A stretch of 64,000 nt of DNA from Candidatus Aenigmatarchaeota archaeon (GTDB taxonomy: Archaea; Aenigmatarchaeota; Aenigmatarchaeia; QMZP01; JAFGSV01): contig JAFGSV010000004.1 of NCBI GenBank assembly GCA_016934325.1, positions 11,538 through 75,537 of the forward strand. Direction: 5' to 3'. Within the stretch, counting starts at the first letter, position 1, and each line of letters begins with the position of its first letter. A program made the translations under genes and the position numbers. Under the pieces are notes generated by a model. The model saw nothing but the letters and a program-made list of their open reading frames with translations, had not been told where the DNA came from and did not search any database. Shown here piece by piece: positions 52,746 through 61,700 of the stretch.

Positions 52746-55700
52746 TTATTCTTTTACCATGCTCCTGCCGCTGTCCTTCCTTGTCTCGGTCTTGGGCTTC
52801 TTCCTCCTGGCCAGCCTCTTCGGTCCGGACGCGAGCCACGACAGCATCGCCCCGGGCGAGAGCCCCTTGGTGATGATGATGCCCCTCTCCTTCTTCTTGG
52901 AGGTCATGAGCGCCCTGGTCTTCAGTATCTCCTCCTGCTTCTTGACGAGTATCTTGTTGAAAGTTGCCTCGTCTATCTGCCTCCTGAAATACTGCTTCTC
53001 GGTGTTGACCCTGGTCTGAATGAGCTCCTTCTCGTGCTTAATGAGGCCAGTTATCTCCTTCCCCAGCCTGCTGGAAGGCAAGAGGACCTGGGTCACCAGA
53101 TACGTGATAATGGTCGTCATGATTATAATCAAAGCGAGGATGTACCTGTTGTCGAGCAGGAACTTGTAGATCAGGAGCATGGGGATGGCAGAGTTCATCT
53201 CCGCTATGAAATTCGCCATGTTCCTGACGTCCACCCTCAGGCTATCGATGTCGTCGCTGGTTATGTCCGTCCTCGCGTTGGCTCCCAGCTGGGCGGCGCT
53301 CGACTTCAGGCCGCTCAAGACGCTGACATCGATCCCCGATGAGACCAGGTCCAGCATCTGCCTCTCTATCTCCGCAAGCGCGTTCTCGTTGTCCTGAAGC
53401 TCCCTGATGAGCTCGTTTTCGCTCACGGTCGCCTTGAGCGCCTTCGTTCTCCTGCTGATCCCCGACATGAAGGTGACGTTCACCTCGCATTCCCCGATTG
53501 CCTGGCTCAAGGGGACGTGCATGTTCATGAACAGGTCGGCCGAATCTCCGGCCTCGAGCTCGAGCGCGTCCTGCAGCGAGACCTCCGAGCAGCCGCTCTC
53601 GGTGACGATGCTGATAATCGTCCTGACGTTGCCCGTGTTGTTCGCGCTCACCCTGACCTTGTGGTCCTCGCCCTGCTTTATGGTCGCCTCATATTCGGAC
53701 AGATGGAAATCGAAGCCAAGCTTCTCAAGGCACTGGTCGCTGTACACGCAGCGCTCCGCCGGGCACACCCCCGTGGTCACCTGGCAGTCCCTCTTCTGGT
53801 ATACCTGCTCGCTCGTGCAGTTGCCCAGTCCGCATGCGACGTCAAGCCATCCGGTGCACAGGTTCGAGCAATTGACCATAGGCGCGATGCCGATGCCGGA
53901 TCCCGGGGACCCCGTCCCTGTGTCGCCGTTCCCTCCATTTCCTTCGGATTTCGTGCTGAGTGTGACGAGGCCCGTTCCCGAGTTGTTGAAGGCGTCCGTC
54001 GCCGACAGGCCAAGGGTGAAGGACTGGCCGGCGCTTGAATGCGCCTTGCAGCTGCCGCTTATGTCCAGATACGTGTCCGGCGGGCCCCCGCTCATCGAGA
54101 GCACAGCGTTGGGGCAGGTGAGGTTCAGCGTGCAAATATGGCCGAGGGTCTCCGACCTCTCGTTCCTTATGCTCACGTTTGAATATATCACGCTGGAGGC
54201 GGTGAACTCGGAACCCGAGGAGGGGGATATGAAGTACGGATATACGGCGCTGCTCACGCCGAAATCGAGCCTGGCGTATCCGCTGTTGTCGTTGCCGCTG
54301 ACGTTCAGCTCTATGCTGACGGCCCCCTCCAGGTCCGGCCCCGCCGCGTATTCGTAGGGATTAACTGTGCCGTTCGTGAAGTTCTGGACGCCTTCGATGG
54401 TAACGTTGACGGTCCAGTTCAGGGAAGCGACCGTGTGATTGTTGACGTCGAGCGCGAAGAAAACCAGGTTCTCGCCCCTGTTGTACATGCTGTGGTTGTT
54501 CGTCAGGTTTACTGTATATTCGTCGGTGACGTTCAGGGTGTTGTTGAAGTTCTTGGTCGTGTTGCTTGTCGTGTTCTTGCCGCCGTAATCGCTTGCGAAG
54601 AAGCTTATGTTATACTCCCCCATCATGCTGAGGGGAAGGACGTTGCCTAAGTCCAGCGTCCACCAGCTCACGTTCCCGGACTCGTTGAACTTGGTCATGC
54701 CAAGGCTCCCGTATGTCGAGCCGTCGGGGAAAGTCAGCGAGGCGTTGGCCTCCTTGATCCCCGTCAGGTTCTCCACAACCTCCAGCCACCCGCACGCGTC
54801 ATAGTACATGTTGGCATACCTTATGTGGGCCTTTTCCCCCGTACAGCCGTGCTGGAAGTGGAACCCTTGGATCTCGGGCGGATAGGGGTCTGACAGGATC
54901 ACCTGCAGGCTGGCTGAGCCGGTGCCGTTCATGCCCCGCCCGGTCGTGGAATTGGCGTCGATCATTGAAACGGTAGCCCCAAGATTGATCGCGCCCAGCG
55001 TGTAGTATACGTCCTTGTAGGAGGATGGTGCCGAATAGTTGCAGCCGTAGCATTTCAGGGAATCGTAAGTCAGGGGGTTCATGCTGCTGATGTTGACTAG
55101 GCTTGAATTGCCGAGGCTCATGTTAACGCTCACGTTCCGGGCGTCTCCACCTAGCACGGAGACCCTCGCCACGTGATACGTGTAGCTGGTCCCGTTTATG
55201 AGCGCCCACACGTAAGCCGTGACCGAGAGGGTCCCGTATTCCAGGAACAGCATCGATTCCTCCGACGAGGAATTGCCGGCGCCGGTCGAAGCGTGCGCCG
55301 TGATGGAATGGTTCCCGGACATGTTCGTGTTCGCGAAATCGCCGGAGTATAAGTAGCAAAGGCCCTGGATGCCGCTGGGGGTCAGCGCCTGCAGCTCGTA
55401 TATCTTGATGATGCCGCCCTCCGAGAAGTTCACCTTTATCCTCTTCGCCTTGAAGGGGACGAACCCGCTCAGGTTGTCCCAGGACTTGGCGCCTTCCGGC
55501 GCAGAGATGTTCTGCATGACCGGGACCCACGCGCCCGCATCTGTCTCCTTGTAGAAGACCGACACGTTCGGATCCCCGAAGCCGGCCGCCCTTGACCAAA
55601 GCAGATTGACCATGTTTATGGTCGAGGTCTTGTTCATGATAATCTCCAGCCACTGCTCGCCGCTCCCGCCCACTCCCGTCCAGTAATCATCGAAGTCCTC

Positions 55701-58700
55701 ATTGATGGAAAGGTTGCAATCGGTCAGCGTGCAGTCGGCATAGCTGCCCTGAGACATGGACGCAACGTTCCCGCTGCCGGCCGCGCCGAAGCAGTAGCTC
55801 TCGTTCGCCGATCCGTTCATCTCCAGCCCGACCTCCTCGATGTAACCCGCGAATTCCCTTTTGAACCATGCGGAAACCGAGCTGACATCGGAAACGTTAC
55901 CGGCGACGTAGGCGTTAAGGACGACATTCGTCTCCACGCTTGCGCTCTCCGGGGACGCGAAGGCCACGGGAAGGACGACCTCGTGCGACATCATGCCCGT
56001 CGTATTCGTTCCGTTGCCCGGGACGGCCTCGAGGGCCAGCCTGGTGATGCCGCCGGACGAGGTCAGTACATCCCATCCGAACGAATGCGTGCTTCCGTTG
56101 AGCATGTATTCCACGCTCTTGGGGGGCAGGACGCCGGAAACATTGATAACGGACCCGCCGGTGCTGTTCAGGGTCAGGTTCAGATCGAGCACATCGCCAT
56201 CAGAAGCGGTGACCTCAACGGAGTAGTTGAAGCTCTGGTTCACAAGTATTCGGTAGTTCTGATGTATGAAATGGGCTGAAATCTTCCCGAAGCCGACATC
56301 GAATGATATGTCGCTGTGAACCACCCTCCCGTCCAGGCTCAGGTTCGCGAACATCCGGACTGCGTGACTGCCAGACCTTGACGGGAGCAGGCTGGAATTG
56401 GTGAAATTCCAGTACCTGCAACCGTCCGCGTCCGTGTATGATGAGTTGGACAGCTTCATGCTATCGCTGACATCCGCCGTGTGATTGGAATAGTTGATTT
56501 CCGCCCAAACTGAATCGACTTCGCTCTGCAGGTCCGTCGTGACATTCGCTGACAGGATTATGAGGTCACCGTAATCCGGCTGGCTGTCGGATGCGGAAGC
56601 ATCGATCGCGAACTCGATCACGGTCATGTTCTCCTCCAGTTCATTCTGGGCGCTGGCGTTGTAGTATAGCGAGGGCTGATCAGTGATGTTGCACTTGACG
56701 ACATACCACGCTTCGCCGTCCGTTCCGTCATTGAACGAAAAAGCGGCCCTTCCGTCCGAGTCGGTCATGTTGCTGCCGATATAGGTATCGTTCATGAAGA
56801 AGGAGACGTTGTAGCCAATCAAAGCGGCCGATGAATGGGAATCTGCCACGTAACAAATCATCCTGTTGGAAGTGCCGTTAAGTATGACATCATGATCTAT
56901 TGATGCCGATGCCACGGACGCGTTGGCCCATAGAAAGAACCATGCGGACGGGGATGTCTGGTTAGAGTTTAGGCCGGCCAGGACGTATATGTGCTTGACC
57001 TCGATTTGGCCGCCCCGCACGAATTCGCCGGTGTCCGAGAGGTTCAGGGTGTAGTTCGTCCAGTTCCCGGCGTAAGGTCCGGGGATATAATAATCTTCGA
57101 AATCGCCGGTTCCGTTGTGCCTGACTTTCGCTTCCTCCGGGCCATCCTGCAGTATCCAGTGTGCGGACGCGTTGAGAGCCTGGTCCCTGGTGAACGAAAG
57201 GCCATTACCGAGCGGCCCCCCACTCGTATGGTTCGTCAGGTTCCAGTAATCCCACTCCGCGGACGACCACGACAGGACGATCGGCAGGAAGTCGGTGTTG
57301 TTTTCGTTGAGAGAAAGGCCGTAGTCGCATATGCCGTTCGTCTGGGAGGAGCAGTTCTCGGAGAATCCCGTCCCGTTGGGATGTGCCCAGAAGTTGCCGC
57401 CCAGGCAGGGCCCCCCCATTATGTTCTTTCCGCTCCCGAAGCAGTCGAGCGTGGTGTTCCAGTTGTTTATGGCCGTCAAGCCAACCAACAATGCGTTATT
57501 CGTGTTGTTGAGGAAGTTTTCGAATATGTTGTTCGGGCCCGCCCATCCGGCTTCGTTTGAGATGAAAAACCCACTGGCGCTATTATTGGTTATCGTATTG
57601 TTAGTGATCCGTCCCCTGTGCGAAGAATAGAGTCGGATTCCGTAATTGTTATAGCTGACCGTGCTGTTTGTGATATTTGTGTCGAAGTTGCTGTCGACGA
57701 ATATGCCGATAGACGAATGCGTGGCGTTTATCCCTGTCAGGGAGTTCCTGTGACAGTTTAATTTTACGTATATTCCGTTGCTGTTTTCCCACACAGTTAT
57801 TCCATCCAGCTTGTTGTCGTGAGAAAAGTCTTTTATTTCGATGCCATTTGATTGATCGTGCGAAACCGCGTCGATGACAGTGTTGTTCGAGCTCGTTTGG
57901 AACTGTATCCCGCATTCTGTGTTGTTGTAGGTGCTGCAGTTCAAGATGTAGCTGAAATCCACATAGTGGATATGGAAGCCTGTGTACCAATTTTTCGCAT
58001 GGCAGTTGGCGATGGTGAGATTCCTTAGATGGTTACCAGAAAGACCCTCGACCTGTATGCCCCGGCTATTTAAAAATTTGGAGCCCACTATCTCATGCCC
58101 CTGGCAATCGAACGTCACGTCGCTGGAGGTGATGTTGAAGCACGTCACTTCCGATGACACGGAGTTGTTGAGGTAGTAGACGCCGGGGGAAGTGATGTTC
58201 ATGCAGTCCGTCACGTTGCTGGGCGGGGAAAAGGCCACGCTGATGTTCCATCCCTCGCTCTCGCCCCGATTGCCGTAGTCGTCCATGCAGGACACTTCCC
58301 AATAATAATCGCCATTTCCCATAGCCTGTCGGAATGTCTGGTTGATATTCTTCAGCACGCTTGTGGTAGTGTTCTCGATAATCCCATACACGCCCAGTTT
58401 CCTGATATCTGCCGAAACCCAACCCAGATCGACGGTCCCGCCGATAGAAATCACCTGTTTATTGATATCGTCCCAGACCTGAGCATCAGTAACAACCTTC
58501 CCGAAATCGCCGCTGATATTCTGCACGGTATACGTGTTTATGTTGAATCTGGACGCGTTCAAGTCCCAGATCGGTCCTGACGTCCAATTGAACAATCCCA
58601 TTTGATAGTATACCCAATCACCGACCAGCACACCTGCGGCACCGTATGATCCGTGGGGTGAATTGGCAACGATGGAAGCGGTCTGTGAAGTCTTGTTGAA

Positions 58701-61700
58701 TAGAACTATGGTATCGAAATTGTCCGACGAGTTCTTGCCGTTTATCAAGAAGCATCTCTCATCAGCAGGTCCGACATCGATCAACAATGAATAAGAATAA
58801 TCGCTTGAAGGTAGTTCGTTGCCGGTGTCTATCACTTCACCGTCTGAAAGATCCCATCTCCAGATTGAATTCTGGCCCCCTCCCGCACCCGCCGTGGAAT
58901 TCCTGCCTCCCATGAACCACACATAGGTGCCGTTGCTGCAGGCATGGACATTGTATATCTCGTCCGGCAATTCAGCGCCCGCTGCCCATGAGATGTTGTT
59001 TGCGAAATCAATGAAATACGTCTTGTTCGTATAGGAGCCGTTTGTGCCCCCGCCGCACGCGAATGTTGTTACGTTTATCCTAGCGCATCCTTCCCGGTCC
59101 ATAGGCCAAGTCTTTGTCGGTCCTTGGGAAACGGTGTTAGATGCTATGTCATAAATGAAGGTGTAATTTGTCGGAACGTCCGTTTCGGCAGGGTTGTGAG
59201 TCCAATTCTCCGTTCCGCATATGCCAAAAATGTGCGTTCCGTTGTTCCAGCTGTATGGATTGTCGCAGGCTGTCGGAAGTGCGTTCAAGACGGATACGTT
59301 CTGCAGGGTCGCATTTGACGTTTCCTGAATTATGAGAGTGCAGTTGGTCACGTTGTTGGTATCCGTGACGTTGAAGGTGAAGTTGACCGTGCTTGAAGTC
59401 GCCCATATGTAGCCTTCGGGCGGATGGACCAGCGCCACGGCTGGGGACGTCGCGTCGAGGGTCACGAACCTCGTTTCCGTCGAATTCACGTTGCCGCCCA
59501 TGTCCTGCACGTATCCCTTGAACCTGTGCTGCCCCTCCGCCAGCTGGGTGAATTCACGGGTGAGATACCTCGATGACTGGTTGGCGTATAGCGCAAGGAC
59601 CTCTTCTGAAGACAAGGAGCGGTTGAAGACAAGCACATCGTCCATTGTGCCGTTTATGTATCTATCGGGCATTACTCCGTCAGACCCTATGAACAATTCG
59701 GCTGTGGATATGAAGGGGGGGATTACATCCGTGTCTTCAGCGCAAAAGGTGCCATCCCTGTAAATCACCCCCCTCGTGCTGTCATACGTGAAAACGTAGA
59801 ATACCCAGGTATCGATGGGGATGCTCGGACATGATACATCGAGGGTACAGCCGTCGTTGGTCGTGTTATAAATCCGGATGCGCATGCTCCCCGAGCTGTC
59901 AGCAATGACGGGATTTAAATGATCGTTATCGCCGACAAGAAATACATTCAAGTTTCTATAATTCCTGTAGTAAAGCCAAAAGGCATAGGTGCCCTCAAGC
60001 GAATTGTTCCCGGCGAAAGCGTCCACGTGCACATAATCGCCGTCCCCATCGAAATCGAACCCCTTCCCCATTCTTCCTGCATCAGTCTGCGACGCGTTGC
60101 CCTTTGCAGTCCCGTTGTCGTTGTTCATGTAGTCTATGACCAAGGCGCCCTCGCCCGTCTGGTTGACGTCATCGAACCTCCACCAGTTGATGAGGGAATC
60201 ATCAAAATCCATGATGAGCGATATGTTGGAAGCGGAGCTGTTCGCCGTCACGTTCATGAGAATGCCAGTGCCGGACACCTTCGAGCCATTGTCCGGGGCG
60301 GGGTAAACGAACATTATGTCCGGGGCGGGGAAGACATCGGTCAGCGGCAGGAAGTCCACGTTGCCGCTCGTGAGGTTCAGCCATGTGTCGCATATCCCGT
60401 CTCCATGCATATCCAAACAGGTCTGGGAATGCCCGCTACCGTCGGGGCTAGCCCAGAAGTTGCCGCCCATGCAAGAACCATTTAATATGTTCGGCCCGGC
60501 CGTGCAGTTGAGGGTCGTGTTGAAATGGTTGCTCAAAATGGTCCCCCCGATCTGGGTGTTGTTGGTGTTGTTGAAGAAGTTGTTGTATATGATATTCTGG
60601 CCCGGCGAACCACCCGAACTCGACAGGAAAAGGCCGAATTGCGAGTTGTTCCATATCCGGTTGTCATTAATCGTGCTTCTCTTCATGGAGCTCAGGTATA
60701 TACCGGTATCGATGTTCGAATAGATATTGCCTTTATTTATAATCGTACCGTCTGCGTTGCTGGACAGGTAAACGCCGAAATCGTTGCAGCAGGAGGTGAC
60801 GTTCTCTATCGTGTTGTTGGTGGAGCTGGAAATGGAAATCGCGAAAACGTTTTCATTCGCGGTCGTATTGGTGATAGTGTTCTTGTATGAGCCGCTACTC
60901 AAGGCGATGCCGATAAGAACATTCTTGCTTGCCGTAATGCCGGTCAGGTTGATGAAAGAGCAATTCTCAACCGATACCCCGTGTACGGTGTTGTTCATGC
61001 TCGTGGTGTTCATTATCACGCTGTTGTTGACGTGCCTGAGGTACAGGCCCCTGTCCCACAACGAAAAGTTGCAATTGATAATGGTTATGTTTGTAAGGTC
61101 GGTGCCCGTCGAGGAATTCGCTAATATCCCGTATGTGCCCTGCTCGAGGTTTCCCTGCACGTCATGCCCCTCGCAGTCGAGGGTCACGTGGCTCACGTTG
61201 ATTGTGAAGCATGTGCCCTTGTCCCAGTCATGTATGCCCGCGTTCAGGGAGTAAACCCCCGGGGATGTTATATTGGTGCAGTTGTCGATATCCCCGGGCA
61301 GGGATCCTATCAGCTGGAAGTAGTCGTTCATTATATTGAGCTCCAGGGAGACGTTGTGGGTCTCAGAGGCATTGACGTATCCGCTCTTGTTCGCGTAAAC
61401 CGTGTAGTTGGATGTGGAGTAGTAGTGATTAGTGCCGCCGCTGTTGATGTATTCTATGAGCGACCCGGTCGGTGTCCATCCGTCGCTGGCGGTCGTGAGG
61501 CTCTCGATGAGGGCGCCGCTGCCATTGTATGCGCTCACGGCCGCTCCTGTGATGCCGTTTCCTGCGCTGTCGTTGACGTATGCCCTGTAATGCCACCTCC
61601 TGATTAGCGTCGAGTTCAGATTCACCGTCTCGTTCGCATAAGTGAAGTTGAGGAACGTGTTGTTGAAATTGGATGAGCCGGAATCGTCAGTCATGACCAC

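Noticed and set aside
53407-54357. 316-aa plus-strand ORF, plus many other 60-190-aa ORFs on both strands, inside the giant gene
   Set aside because: All are nested in or antisense to the single 11.2-kb frame, whose domain content is coherent throughout.
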